Assembly (NCBI RefSeq): GCF_000281045.1
Contig: NW_008246129.1
Coordinates: 3,122-60,110, forward strand
DNA: 56,989 nucleotides
Source of the DNA: Saprolegnia diclina VS20
Lineage: Eukaryota
Reading direction: 5' to 3'
Shown: one piece after another, positions 12,296-24,997 of the stretch
Layout: each line of letters begins with the position of its first letter
Position numbering within the stretch: the first letter of the stretch is position 1
Made by a program: the position numbers and the translations under genes
The notes under the pieces: model-generated
The model's input: only the letters and a program-made list of their open reading frames with translations
Database searches by the model: none
Told to the model about the DNA's origin: nothing

Positions 12296-14787
12296 CTACG
12301 ACTGTTTGCACATTTCGTCTTGAGTGGACCGAGGATTGCCCTGTGCCGTGTTGAGTCGCGGAACGGGGCCGTCGAGGTTGAGCTTGGGCTCGAGAAGCGC
12401 GAGCTGGTCTTCACATTGCTTGACAAGCACGTTGACTTCGTCGAGCTGGTGCTGCACGACGCTCTTCTTGCTATCGTAGGCCTTCTTGAGCATAAAGATG
12501 TCTTGCTTGGCCTGCGTCTTGAGGTCGGCCATATCCTTCTTGTGCGCTGCTTTCGTGTCTTCCATTTGGCGCGCGCAGCCCGTCTCGAGGTCAAAGAGCG
12601 ACTGCAGATGCGCCGTCTTCTTGGTGTTCAGCGACCGCTCGAGCTCTGCGACCTTGGCCAGTGCACTGCGCTGCTCGCTGTACAGACTTTTTTGCTGGCT
12701 ATGGAGCGACGTCTCAATGTTGAGGATGTCCATGGCCGCGCCGTGCACCAGCGTCTCGCGCTTTTGCCGCTCGAGAAGCGCTTGCTCTTCGATCTTGAGC
12801 GTCTTGGCCTTGATGCGCTCGATCTCGCGCTCCGTGGACGCGACGCGGGCTTCGTGCTTGCTCGTGACACCTTGGAGGTCGAGAAGAAGCCGCTCCAAGT
12901 CCATGCTAACCGAGGCACGATCATGAATACTCTACAAAGCTCCTTTTGCAGAAACAAGTACCGCTTGTCTTCAAGCTCGGCCGTCAGCGTCGACTTGAGC
13001 GACGAGAGTTCGTCCGTGCGCGCAGAAAGCTCGCGCTCAAACTCCTTTCGGCGATCGCTTGTGTCTGTCAGCGCGTCTGCGGCTGTGAGCTCGGCCAGTT
13101 CCTGCTCCAATGCCACTTTTTCCTCCTACAGCAAAGTAGCCATCATGAGAGCAGCCTGCAATGCAGATAGCGCGTACGTTGGCGGTAGCCATGTGCTTCT
13201 CAAAGAGCCCGAGCACTTGCTTGCCCCACTCGACGACCGACCCGAGGATGTGGTCGCTTAAGTACACTTGCAGCGATGGGTACATGGCGACACCGAGGCC
13301 GGCTTCCGGGTCGTATGCCGAGTTGGACGACCCTTGGTGGTTGCGCGCGGTCGCGCCGGCCTTGTACTCGGCCAATGCACGCTGGAGGTTGCTCTTAAAT
13401 CCCAAAAGGGTCGCTTGGAGACCATCTGGAAACTCGTCGCGTGGTCGCTGCGCCAGCTCTGCCGTCGTCTCGGTAAGCGAGAGCGGGTGCAACGTGGCCA
13501 AGAGCGTCGTGCACGCCTCCTGCGAGAGCTCCAAGGCGGACGCACGGGCCTCAGCGTACGCAGCATCGAGGGCCGCATGGAGCGTGGCGATTTGGTCTTG
13601 GAGCAGCGTTTGAGCCGCAGCGTTGGTCACAGGGATCTGCTGCGATAGCGTGTAAACCTCGACAGACGCGGCACGGAGGCTCTGGAGGTGGGCCAAAAGA
13701 AGCAGTCGCGACGACGGGATCGTAGCCGAGTCTTCGGCGGCGAGCGGCACGAGCGACGCGAACGTCCGCGTATACTGCTCGGTGGCGCGTGCGATGCCTT
13801 GCTACCAGCACAAGAGGAGATGGAGGTTGTCGAACGCGATGCATTGTGTACCTCACACGTCACGCGAAGCATCTTGGTTGCTGCGTGCTGCAAAATCGGC
13901 AGCTGGTTCGTGTTGAGCGACTCGACAAAGTACTCGACGAGAATCCGAAACTGGGCAGGCGTGATCGCGTTGCCCGCGACATGCTTGGCCGGCACCGTGT
14001 CTTCGCCGGCGTCGCCAGAGAGGTACCGTGAATGCACCTTGTCGGCGGCGGCGACGTAGTCGGACCGAAGGACGTCGCGCGACAGATCGTACGCGAGCTC
14101 GATGCCGGCGTTGGCTTCGACTGCACGGCTGATCATCATGCAGTCGCGCGTGGGGAAGAAGGTCGTAAAATACGTCTTGAACGCGTTGCTCTGCATCACG
14201 CCTTCGCTAAAGCCCGACTCGAGCGCAAAGAGCCCGTCAAAGTACTCCATGGGCGTCTTCTTCGTGGCGGACCCAGGGTTGGCGAGCCACTTGACCTTGG
14301 AGTTGCGCGCGACCCACACAAAGCGCGGCAGGACGCTCGCCAGGTCCTTCATGACGCCGGCCTCGTCCTGGTTTGACCGCAACTTGAATAGCGTCGGGAG
14401 ATCTGCGATCCAGCGCAATTTGTCAAAGCTGAGTTCACTGTCCTGGCTGTACAAAAGAACTGACGAGAGGAGCACCAGGAGCAAACGACCGAGGTGCTCG
14501 TTCTTGGAGGCGAGTACGACGACGTTGGACGCTTCCTCGGCATGCATCCAAAGCAGCGGCTGCTTCTCGTCATCACCAGCGTCGAGCGTTGGAAGGCTCG
14601 GCGCCATGGTGTGCAGCAGCAGCTGATGCTCCTTGGTCGCCGCGAAGGTCGCGTCCGCGGGCGCGTCACCGTTCATCAGGCCAACAACGCGGACACGCCC
14701 AGCCGCAGCGTGCGCAAGGTACACGTCCATGGCGCCATCGTCGACCTCGAGACGCTCGTCCGCGTGCTTCCAGACAAGGACCTGCAT
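12296..14787 (-). CDS. Guanylate-binding-protein (GBP/atlastin)-like protein with degenerate GTPase motifs, coiled-coil tail and C-terminal CaaX (CKQS)
   Basis: GBP-family landmarks LLVLLSSVLLYS, LPRFVWVARN, TPMEYFDGLF, TFFPTRDCMMISR, GNAITPAQFRILVEYFVESLNTNQLPIL. Exons in ORFs 13627-14790, 13037-13750, 12628-13116 and 12296-12904; the last junction (KR|MDLERL) was checked as a GT-AG intron. Confidence 0.75.
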
Positions 14788-14926
14788 CACACTCCGCTCG
14801 TCTTCGGCGGTCGCAGGTTTGTTTCTGACTTTGGCCTCACGCTCATTGGTCGAAATTGCAATTGGTTGTATCGCGCAGCGTGATTGGCCGGGTGTTTAAC
14901 CTACTAAAACGCATTCGTGGTTTGGG

Positions 14927-15773
14927 ATGATGCGAGGTGCCCAGCACAGGTTGCTGGCCCGCACCACAGTCGCAGATTGCGACGTGGGTGCTCACAATCC
15001 AAACAATGTCTACCGTACCTACCCCCCAACGAGCCTTTTCCCAAGGCTGCTGAAAAAGCTGCAAGCCTTGCTTCAACACACGATTGATCGCAAAGTGCAA
15101 TGTCCACACTGCGCTGAATGCCAAGATAAGGAAGGGTGTACGTCTGCTTAACAGCAATACTGTATAGCGCTTGCAGCCAAGTCGCACTCACACGTGTAGC
15201 GGCTGCTGTCCATCTGTGGCGTGGTCGAACGTCGTCGGTTCAGCGAGGCTCACAACGGCTCTGTTGCTGAACGCACCGCACTGGCGCGGTCGAAGTTGAC
15301 GTTGCAACTTCGAGCGGCGGAAAATCGCCACGTCGGGCTCGAGACTGATTTTTGCCTTGTGCACCGCGGGCGCGAAAACGTGGCTGTGCGTTTCGAGGTA
15401 GCATCAAATCTCTTTAAGCCGCCTCGATGAAAGAGTATGACATACCGTTAACATGTGAGGTTTCTCTCTTTCAGCCCCATGCATTCGCGATGTGACGGGG
15501 ATGGAATCGTCCAGAGCCTGCCATTCCCAGCTTACCTATGTAGTCGCACGACTGGTAAATGTCGGTCGGATAATAGATCTAGATACGTTTCCAAGCTTTG
15601 TTTGTGTGAAGGGATCGTCGCGATGAAGGGCAACATCTTGGATACACGTGTTTCACATCTTCGTGGCACTGGTGTCGATATGATGCTGGCCGTATCCACG
15701 ACCACCGTCGTTGGTCTAGACTAGCGACCGAGCGTGCTGGGCCCAAGGCTCGAAGGGGCTGCGTCACGGACTA
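14927..15773 (+). CDS. Hypothetical multi-exon protein
   Basis: ATG at 14927, downstream of divergent CCAAT boxes. Coding-like blocks (RLLKKLQALLQHTIDRKVQCPHC; RLLSICGVVERRRF..FE) are separated by GT-AG-bounded gaps. The exon structure is unresolved. Confidence 0.35.
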
Positions 15774-15950
15774 ATGATACACTAACGCACGCATGCTCTG
15801 CGCAAAGCGCTTGCCGTCAACACGCGCTGCAAAAATGCCGCAAATCTGATAGGTAAGTACTGTAGACCCGAATCCTCCTTGCAATTCTCGAAGTTCGAAG
15901 CCGCGAGGTCCAAACGGCGCAGTTTTCTGAACACAATCGAATCCTCCGCC

Positions 15951-18156
15951 ATGGTGGCGCATGGGTTCCGCTTCATGCTCGGGCGCGTCGCGGGCCCGAA
16001 GAAGGCCAAGGGCCGCCAGAAGAAAGGCAGTCGCCACGCAGGCCTATTTACCTGCCTCCAGACCCCGTCGTCCGTCTCACACGCGTTCATCGAGATCGCG
16101 ACCGGCGTGATCCAGCAGCAACATGATGCCGACATTCGGCTGCGCGCTAGCAGCGCCAGCAGCAGTAACAACAACAGCAACAACAAGAGTCCGAGTAGCA
16201 ACGACGGTAGCGACAAGGCGCCAACGTACCCGCTTCTTCAGCCCGACGTCCTTGACAGTCTCGAGTGCGCGCTCTTCATGGACGTCGAGGCCACGTCCGC
16301 CACAGCAGCCAAACATCCGCGAGCAACGATTGGCGAGCTCTCCAAGCTGCTTTTGCAGCTCTGGGACATCCTCCTCGCGTCCTGCATTCCGTGGTCGACT
16401 GCGGCGCTCCAAGAAACCATCGGCTTCAACGACCAGCTCAAGCGGCAGAAGGCCGAGTCGCTCATGTTCAAGCTCATGGAGCGGCGCGAGTTTGCCAAAG
16501 TCTACGAAGCGTACGTGGCCGTGACGGAGGACACGATCGAGCGCTGGAGCAAGGCCGACGTGTCGAGCCAGCGGTCACACCCACCATTCCGCAAGTCGTC
16601 GACGTGGGTCTCCAAGCGCCGCCAGACGTCGTCGGACCCTGACGTCGACGCTGTCTACGCATATGAAGCCCCGCCACTCGCGAAAGACCCGGTGCAGCTT
16701 CTCGAGCGGTACATAAATCTCTCGACGCGCACGCTGGTGTACGCAGCGGCGCTGGTCCAAGTGCACCGGCCTTTCTTTGTCGACGTGCTGGCCGTGCTCT
16801 ACTGCCGACTCCCGTCGCTACAGAGGCTCGTGCTCGACCTCTTTGACCGCTTTGGCTTTAGCGGGACGCCACCACGCAAGCCTCGATTTTTGGCACGGGC
16901 CAAAAGCTTTTTCCAGGAAGACAACTCGGCGTTCTACGGCTGGGACCGGTTCCTCGACGATGTCGCGCTCGAGACCATTGAAACACACGCGCTAGCTGCG
17001 CTCGACGTTATCCTCGAGACTCCGCCAGAGGACGCATCTGCGCCGTACTCGGAGTCGGACATCTTTATGGACGACCACGCGAGGTCGTTTGACGGCGAGG
17101 ACAGAAGCGACGGCGACAACAATTGCATTGACTCGAGTCTGTGCCTCGACCTCTTTCTGAGTCTTTGGATGGCAACGACCGAGCACATTCAGCGCACGAG
17201 TCGAGGGCACATTCCGTGGGCCGACGTTCCTCCGTTCGCGGCGCTCCAGCGCCGCGCGGCCAACCTCTTTGAAAAGAGCTTTGCGTACCAAACGTTCGAC
17301 TGCGACGAAGACACGAACGGGCTCCGCTTCCACTTGATTTCGACGCGCAAGGCCAAGCTCGATCGGCGACTGCCCTTTGACGTCAAGCACCCACGTGTCG
17401 TCTTCTCCACGATCGAAGCCATCGTCATGCTCACGCAGCAGTCATTCGCACCGTATATGGCCGCCATGTACGAGCACTTGAACTGCTTCTACGTCCGGTC
17501 GGCGGTCCCGAGCCTCGCGCTCCTCGAGCAGTGGATCACGCACGCGCCAAGTAGGTGGATCGCAAAAGACGATCGTATTCTTATCTGCGTCCTTAGCGGC
17601 TTGCATCGACAATGACGCGACCCAAGCCCTCTTGCGCAAGTTCATCGTCACGCTTCTTTCGTCCGACCGCATGGATCGACTCAAGGCCATCCAAGTAGGC
17701 GTCCTTGCGTTGTACGCCGAGTCTGTACAGCGACGCTAGGTCTTTCTCCTGCACTGCATTGGCCACTTTGCCGTTCCGCTCCAAAAGCACGTATTGAGTT
17801 TGCTCGTCGACGCGTTCCCGAGGCTCTTTGGTCACTGGTCCCGCGACGTCCGGTTCTGCTACCATCTCTTGCTCATCTACATCTTTGGCGACCGGCGGCA
17901 GCTCGGCGCGCACTCGGACAGTATCCTCCTCGGGCTCGACGAGAGCGGCAGCACGCACGTCGAGTATGAACCGTTTGACCATCTTCTCCTCGAGACGCTG
18001 CGCGCGAGCAAGGCGCCACCGCTCGCGTACGAGCGCGCGTCGTTCACCGAGTACATTGCGCAGCTCGAGATGTACTACAGCATTGCCGCGACGCTGCCAA
18101 AGGACGAAGCAGTCGCGATTCCACGCATTCGAATCCAACAGGCGCACCGTGGGTAG
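15951..18156 (+). CDS. DUF1765-like uncharacterised helical protein, 3 exons
   Basis: A long ORF plus two about 45-nt introns (near 17551-17596 and 17695-17739) restores a continuous frame. LFGHWSRDVRFCYHLLL resembles my recollection of the DUF1765 core (LFxHWSxxVRxxFxxLL). Confidence 0.7.
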
Positions 18157-18526
18157 GGTATAGTTAGTCCTTGTACGATTGTAGTACACACATTAGTCAT
18201 TGCCGTTGGCGGTTGGGCGTCATCGCAGAGGCGAAGCGCGAATCGAGCCGGTGCACAAGCATTGCATGCTGCAAGTGGCGCCAGCGGCAGGCTCGAGGAG
18301 ACTACGCGCCGCCGTCAACGTCGTCGTCCATCGTAAGCTCCCTTGGAGCTCCATGCAGTGGCACTCTGCCTGCTACAGCTCTGCGCCGAGCTGCACGTCG
18401 AGTCTGACTCGGCCGTCGATTGGCCAGGGCGCGAAAATCAATGAATTATAGCCAATGGCCTTGGCCGTCGGATGTTGGGTATAGTCGAGGTGGATCTTCT
18501 TCGCGTGATAGTTCATCGTTGCGCCC

Positions 18527-21500
18527 ATGACACGCGCGTCAGTAGGCGACATGCAGCACATCCGCCGCCCCGACGTCGTCATGAGCGAGCTTGAGTACCT
18601 CCCGCAGCTCTCGCCGTCGGTCCAGCTCCTCTGCATCGGCCTCTACCTCGGCGTCGGCGTCGTCGCCTTCACGCGCAGCTTCCAGATGCGCCCGCGCTTG
18701 CTCACGCGGCAAAAGGTCTTCCAGTACCTCGTGACGACCTTCTGCTGCCTCCGATCGCTCTCGCTTCTCACGGCGCCGCCGGCAGGCGTCCGCGACGTAC
18801 TCAACCGCACCGCGCTCTGCCTCTTCTTCTCGCTCATGCTCTTCCAAGTCTTCTTTTGGTTTGACGTCGTGAACCCGTCGTCGTCGGCGCGCTCCAAGCG
18901 CGTATGGCACTCGTTCCTGTACATCAACGTGGCGCTCTACGCTGTCGTACTGTGCCTCGAGCTCGACGTCTTCTTCACGCCGACGTCCAGCAACAAAGAC
19001 GTGGCCGCGAGCTACTGGTCCGATATGCTTCCCGTGCTGCTCGTCGTCATGGGCAGTCTCCTCCTCTGTATTGGCCTTCTCTTCTCGATCTGCAAGATGC
19101 GCATGCGCGTCCAGCGGCTCATTGACGAAGATGACACGAGCTTGAGCGTCCACGCGGTCCAGAAGATCCACCGCGCGCTGTGCTACCTCAACTGCATCTT
19201 TGCCGGCTCGTCCGTCCTCTTCTTGCTCCGCGCGTTCCTGTACCTTCAGCACCCGTGGGCCCACAAGGAGTGCGGCTCGATTCAGGACCCGAACTGGTGC
19301 CTTGGCGTCGGGTACGTTCTTCCGGAGCTCATACCGGCCGTCTTCTTTGTCATTGTCATGTGGGACGTGGACCCGAATTTGTGGCGGTCAAACATGTCGA
19401 CGGGCGAGACGACGCCGCTCCTGGGGAAGCACCTTGGCATCACGAGTGGGTTTGGAAAGGACTTTCGATGGCACCGCCCGAGCCCGCTCTTGCTTGCGTC
19501 GACGCCAACGCAAGAGGCGGCGCCGTACCTCAGCATACAGCCCTTTACGCCCCATGCGACGCCCGTGAATCCGACGACGCTGCCGACGCCACCCGGCCTC
19601 CTCGACGCGCTCTGGCTCTCGTTTCAGTGCTTTCAGCTCAAGCACGGCGGCCAAGACGTCCACGCCTCCCTTGTGATTGTGCACATGCTGCAAGACGGCG
19701 TCGACGACATTGAGGTACGACGCTCCAAAATGTCCATGTATGTGATTCATCGTAGCTTGGACGGTCGGAGCTCGCCCACACGACGGACCCACAGTTTCAC
19801 GTGATGGTCAAGGTGCCCCTCGACGCGATGCACGTGCTGCGCATCCGTGTCTATAGCATCCGCAATTGGAACACGCTCTCGGATCTCTCGTCCCAAAACC
19901 TCGTCGGCGAGGCCATGCTCAAGCCGCTCGAGCTCGGGCAGAGCCAGCTCTACCGCCTCTCAAGTTCGTTCCGGGGCGATGTGTGCGTGAGCAACACGGG
20001 CCTCCTCGTCGTGCGTTGCGAAGCACCGGGCGTCATGGACACGTCGGCGTGTATCACGCGCAGCTTCTTGCATGGCAAAGTGCTCGTGGAGGAGGCGCTG
20101 GTCGAGAGTCCATGGACGTACGAGATCCCATACCAGATGCTCCAGCTGATTCAAGCCGACCTCGTGCAAAAGGCCAACTGGATGGCGCAAGTCCTGCAGG
20201 CGAACCGATCGACGCTTCTGCACATACCTCGCCACGGCCTCGGCAGCTTCAGCGGCACCGCGACCAACCACCTCGACGACGACAGCGACGAGGACGACCC
20301 ACGGTCGTCGCCCGTCTCAACAACGAGTCTCCTCACCGAAATGATTTATCAGCTCCAAGGCAACGCTCGGAAGCGCACGAACCGAAAGTGGCGTGGGTCG
20401 ATGCTGCAAGACATGGAGGCGTACATCGCCGTTGTGCAAGCCGCCCTTGAAGCGTACGGCCACCCGGACAAGTTCCAGCTCAGCTTCAAGCCAAGCACGA
20501 AAAAGGCCGACGCCGAGCTGCGCTTCGTCGCTCTCAACATGCACATGCACCTTTTGACGCTGGGCGATGCGGCGCAGACCTCGTCGTCGTCGTCGCCGAT
20601 GCCGCCGACGATCGACGAAGAAACCGAGGTTGATTGGCGCGACGACATTCGCGTGCGGTCGCAGTCGGCGCTCGACACGATCTTCCGCGGCCACGAGCTC
20701 TTTGGCACGACGACGGTCGGCGCGTTTGCGGCCCACGTCTACGGTTTTGGCCAAGGCGGCATTCGCCAGCTCCGGGACGACCTTGAACGGTCTGCTTACT
20801 TTTGTTTCACCTTTGGCTGAGAAGCGTGCGTAGGCTGCGCGAACGGTCGCTCAAAGCCACCGACTGGTCCGACAACACAACGCAGGCGCTCCAGCGCGAT
20901 ATGTATGCGCTTGAGTGGCACATTGACCAGCGCCTCGATGTCGCGTTCACGCAAGCTGTGAGTGCGCTCGTGCCGTGCTTCCAGCAGACGCTGTTTACGC
21001 AGTTGCACACGTCGTCGCCCACTGTGTCGCCCAAGGCGTACCTCACGCAGCTGCAAACGGCAGGCTTCCTCTTCAACGTCGAGAGCCTTCTCTCGACGGT
21101 AGGGTCAGAAGCCGGTATGCTCGGGGACATGGACGCGGCCGTCAAGGCACTGGCGTACGTGACCATCCGGCTGCGCTTGGTGCCGGATGCCGCGTCGGCC
21201 GCATTTTCGGTTGCCATCTCGTCGGGGCCGCAAGGTCTTGTCGTCGAAGTGCCGCTCATTTGCAGCGACAACTACACGCTCGCGCCGTCCATGCACCGCG
21301 TGCCGGGTCAGGATTTGGCGTCCGGTGCGGTGTACTGCCCCGTGAAGCTGCCGGCAGCGCGCGTGCTCTTTGTCAAGGTCGTGCCCGTGCTCTTCAACCA
21401 GGGCATGAACGAGCTCCAGACCGTGGCCAACACTGTGCGCAAGAGCCAGCTCCAGCACGCAATCAACCAAGAGAGCGCGAACGTGCTCGAGTCGTACTTG

Positions 21501-21887
21501 GTCGTCGTGAATGCGTCGCCGGCCGTCATGGCCGTGTGGCACAACGCCAAGCAAGCCATCTTTGATACGAAGGACGAAAAGCGTATGGCGATCCTCGAGC
21601 AGACGTCGTGGATTACGCGGCAGGTCGGCGGCGGCCGCGTCACGTGCTGCAAGTCGGCGAAAGACCGGACGGCCATGTCGGTGACGCTCGAAGAAGCCAA
21701 GTTTATGGACACGAGCGACGTGGCCATGTGGACGCAGCTGCTGCGCACGTACGGCGTTCGTCGCGAGAACGCGCGCAAAAACATTGGGTCGGCGCAGTAC
21801 TGCTTCAGCTCGTGGCAAAACTACTTGCTTCCATCTGCGTACAAGTGCCCACCAGGCACAGGTGGCGGCAGTCGCGCCCACTCGTAG
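18527..21887 (+). CDS. 7TM receptor-like domain fused to a C2-like domain and inositol polyphosphate 4-phosphatase (oomycete GPCR-INPP type), 3 exons
   Basis: Seven hydrophobic helices (Arg in TM2, FLLR in TM6, ELIP in TM7). C2-like LSFQC..LGRSE...DPQF. INPP4 motifs FKPSTKK, LLSTVGSEAGMLGDM, VPVLFNQGMNELQTVA, the catalytic CKSAKDRT, and GVRRENARKNIG. Introns near 19715-19755 and 20790-20833. The start could be a slightly later ATG. Confidence 0.9.
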
Positions 21888-21957
21888 TACTTTTGCTACA
21901 CTTTTTGAACCATGTTGGTCTTGTTTTTCGCGCTCGAAAATGCATTGATGTGTCTAT

Positions 21958-24306
21958 CTATGGCTGCGTCGACCACGTAAAGTCAAAGGACGGCGCGAGC
22001 GACCGCAGGTGCGCATTGAACGGCGCGTAGAACGCCTCGAGCTTGGCCTTGGCCGCCGCCGGCATCGGGTCGTACGCCCGCGTGTTGTGCGCGGCCGTGT
22101 CTTGCAGCACATGCGGCGGCAGTCCGAGGAAGGTCAGTGCTTCGTTGACCGTCGTCTAGATGGATAGGATATATCGAATGGGCTAGAGCGATCGTTGGGA
22201 TAGTACCTGCGTTGACTCGGGGGTCTTGAGCGCATCGAGGTTCAAAAGCAAAAATTGGTTTCGGGGAAAGTGCTGGAACCAGATCTGGAGCTGGAGCGCG
22301 TAGAGACCGCGGCCAATGTACGAGTGCGCGCCGTGCGTCTTGGGCAGACGATCGACGTACGCTTCGAACGTCTGTGGGCACGTTGGCTTGGCGAGCACGT
22401 CCTGCGCATACAATTCGTCAATGACACATTGCAACATGGATAAATCGATACCTGGAGCAACGCAAGGTCGTCGTTGATGACGTCATCGAACGACTTGCCT
22501 GCGACCGCGGCACGCATTTCGAGCTGCTTGGTCGTGCCCACGGCATCGGCAGTCATTTGGTAGTGCGAGTATGCGCGCTTGACCGGGTCCCGCATCATCA
22601 CGATAAAGCGCGTGTGGGGAAAGAGCTATACAACTCCATAAATTCGACCCCAACTCTAGCTCATCATCCTACCTGCTGGAAACGCTTGGCGATCGGCGCA
22701 CCGTACAAGAGGTAGCTCGGCGTGGACTCGGCCAGCAGAATTTTGGGCGCCCACGTCTCAAGCGGCGCCTGGAGCGAGAGCAAGTACTTGGCCCTACATA
22801 TCGTGAATCATTATATATATGCTCGTGACAAGACAGAAATCATACCGCATATCCAGAGTCGAGTACGTCGTCTCGTCGTCGGTGACTGTAGCGTCCTTTG
22901 CGAGGTCGTCGTACGTCTGAAGAATAGCCTTGGCAGGCGCAAGGAGCTCGTCTGTGACGGGCGTCGTCGCCGCCTTGGTCCACGCCCAGTCGAAAAAGTG
23001 CGGCTCGCGACGCTGACCGTTCACAATCGACGGGTGCTGCCTAGAGACAATATATTCCATCATCACATTTGTGAATCTTCCATGTTGCTGACGTACCCAA
23101 GGTGCTGATAGAGCGATGTTGTGCCGCACTTTTGCACGCCGAGGATCGCATACGACGGCGTCCAGCCAATCGTAAGCGCCCGAAGCGCGCGCGCGGCCTC
23201 GGCAGCCATGACGCGGTCGACGTGTCCGAGCATCTCGAGCACCATCGGCTCAACTGCCGCTGGGCACGTTGCGCGTACAGCGGTCGCAAATTCCATCGCG
23301 TCGATTTGCTCGATGAAAAAGTGACGGCACGCCGTGGCAAAGGTCGTCGCGGCCTACAAGGACGCGTCACGTGGTGCGGTCGTCACGAAACGCGCTACCT
23401 CGTCGCTGGACTCGGCCTTGAGCTGCGCGGTGAGTGCTGTTAGCATGCTTGCAGCAATCTTGGCGCCGGCCGAGTTGTCGAGCTCGTCCGTGGCAGAAAT
23501 GAGCTCGACGCGGCCACGGACTTGGCGGCAGCGCTGCCCCGCCTCGAGCGTCCTACAGCAGGGTTAGCGTTGCTCGTATATTTTTTGGTGTACGCGAAGA
23601 GAGGCGTTGGCACGTGCAGCTCGTCGATGACATCAAAGATGAGGTGCACGCGGTACTCGTCCGCGCCGTTGTACACGCTGTGCTTGGCCGCGTTGTTGAG
23701 CTCGACGATCGAGCCTTCGTTGAACGCAAACCGACTCATGCTCTCCTCGAGGCGGCCGCTCTTGAACTCGACCTCGGGAAAGGTCACAATCGGTACGTGG
23801 ATGCGGTGCGTGCGACCGACCCACGGGCCATTGTCGTGGTGGGCGGGGATGAGCACCTTGGGCGGGAGGCGTGCAAAGAGGCAGCGCACGACGCGCTCAA
23901 CAGGAACATCGATCGCGGCAAAGAGCGGCTCGAGGAGCGGGCGCCAAATCGTCCACTCGGGCAGCAGGTAGACGTTCTCGAGGTGGTTGTCGGAGAAGAT
24001 GCAGATGATCTTGTTGACGCCAACCTTGTCGTGGAAGGGCCGGCGGAGCGATACATTGCTCGTGCTCTGGTACTCTTCCGACCAGCGGCTTTCGGGCAGC
24101 GACACGATCTGGCGCTTGAGCTCGGCAATGTCGACCTGCGACGCGCGCGTCGTCGCACAGACGAGGTCGACGGTCGGGTCTTCTTGCACGAGGATCTCAG
24201 TCGGGCGGCGCTTGTGGCTAACGCAATATGAGTGATCCGCATCGACGCATGCAGCAACGGACCTGAGCGGGACAACGCCCGGCGGTGGCGTTGGCGCGGC
24301 TTGCAT
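21958..24306 (-). CDS. Fusion of an Asp/Asn beta-hydroxylase-type 2OG-Fe(II) dioxygenase and a PAPS-dependent sulfotransferase (heparan 3-O-ST/NDST-like), multi-exon
   Basis: N-terminal half: IPAHHDNG..HRIHVPIVT..VELNNAAKHSVYN..RVHLIFD. After two in-frame introns: ILGVQKCGTTSLY (5'-PSB), REPHFFD, ESTPSY, MMRDPVKRAYSHY (3'-PB), RGLYALQLQIW, LEAFYAPFN. Stop at 21958-21960. Confidence 0.85.
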
Positions 24307-24970
24307 GTTGCTTGCGGTGAAAGGCGGCGCGATTTTTTTGTGCCTTCGGACGAATGGCATGCCTCGGACCAATCAACGCTCGCGGATGCTTAAATGTGGC
24401 ATACGCCACGTTGTACTGCCACGACACTCGATTGAGCACATGGCCATGGCGATGCTTTCTGCCACAACGGTGCCCATGGTTGAACAACAACCCGGTACAA
24501 CGGTAGTACAGAAAAACGAGTTCCTCTTCGCGAAAGCAAGAGGCCGACGGCCATGGTATCGCTTCCTCGCAATTTCGGCGAGGAATCATCCCGGAACTAA
24601 GATCCTGTGCACTCGATCGATCCCTGTAGAGCCTACGCAGTACCGCCAACCTCAAGAAATTCCTTGCTATTATAAATAACGACTGTGTGTTCGCTTTCGT
24701 CGCTCTTTCCTTGGCACTATCGTACACGTGTATAAAACCAGGGAGGTACATGCCAGCAGCAGGGTCTCGCCAAGCAGGCCGCAGCGATCTACACTCGCTA
24801 TACGATGAAGGAGCCTGCAACGACTGCGAAAGAGACTTCTCGGTGTCAGCACCGCGAAGTGATAATCGCGCAACTTGGGCTGAATTCATAGCGGCGCGTT
24901 TTCATCGCTTCAACCGTGAAGAATGTAGGTACTTGTGTGATGGTCCCCTCCAGACCAAAGAAAAACTTGA

Positions 24971-24986
24971 GCCACTTCCGATTTTG
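24971..24986 (+). promoter_or_regulatory. Probable oomycete INR+FPR core promoter
   Basis: GCCACTTCCGATTTTG ends about 12 nt before the ATG at 24998 and loosely matches YCAYTYY-N-AWTTT. Confidence 0.45.
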
Positions 24987-24997
24987 AGTCAGGCATC

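Noticed and set aside
12203..13261. Long plus-strand ORF (352 aa), and similarly 33106-34275, 21105-21881, 52466-53362 and 26631-27389
   Set aside because: These are antisense shadows of real genes on the opposite strand, as expected with high-GC codon usage; they carry no motifs of their own.
16148..16215. AGC/AAC trinucleotide run
   Set aside because: It is an ordinary low-complexity Ser/Asn linker within the DUF1765-like CDS.
18170..18520. Short ORFs between the DUF1765-like and 7TM-INPP genes
   Set aside because: No coherent frame or motif; the stretch contains CCAAT boxes and is more simply explained as promoter/UTR.
24400..24960. Possible tiny multi-exon gene between the fusion enzyme and the Cys-rich cluster
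   Set aside because: There are some splice-like signals, but I could not assemble a single convincing frame or motif.
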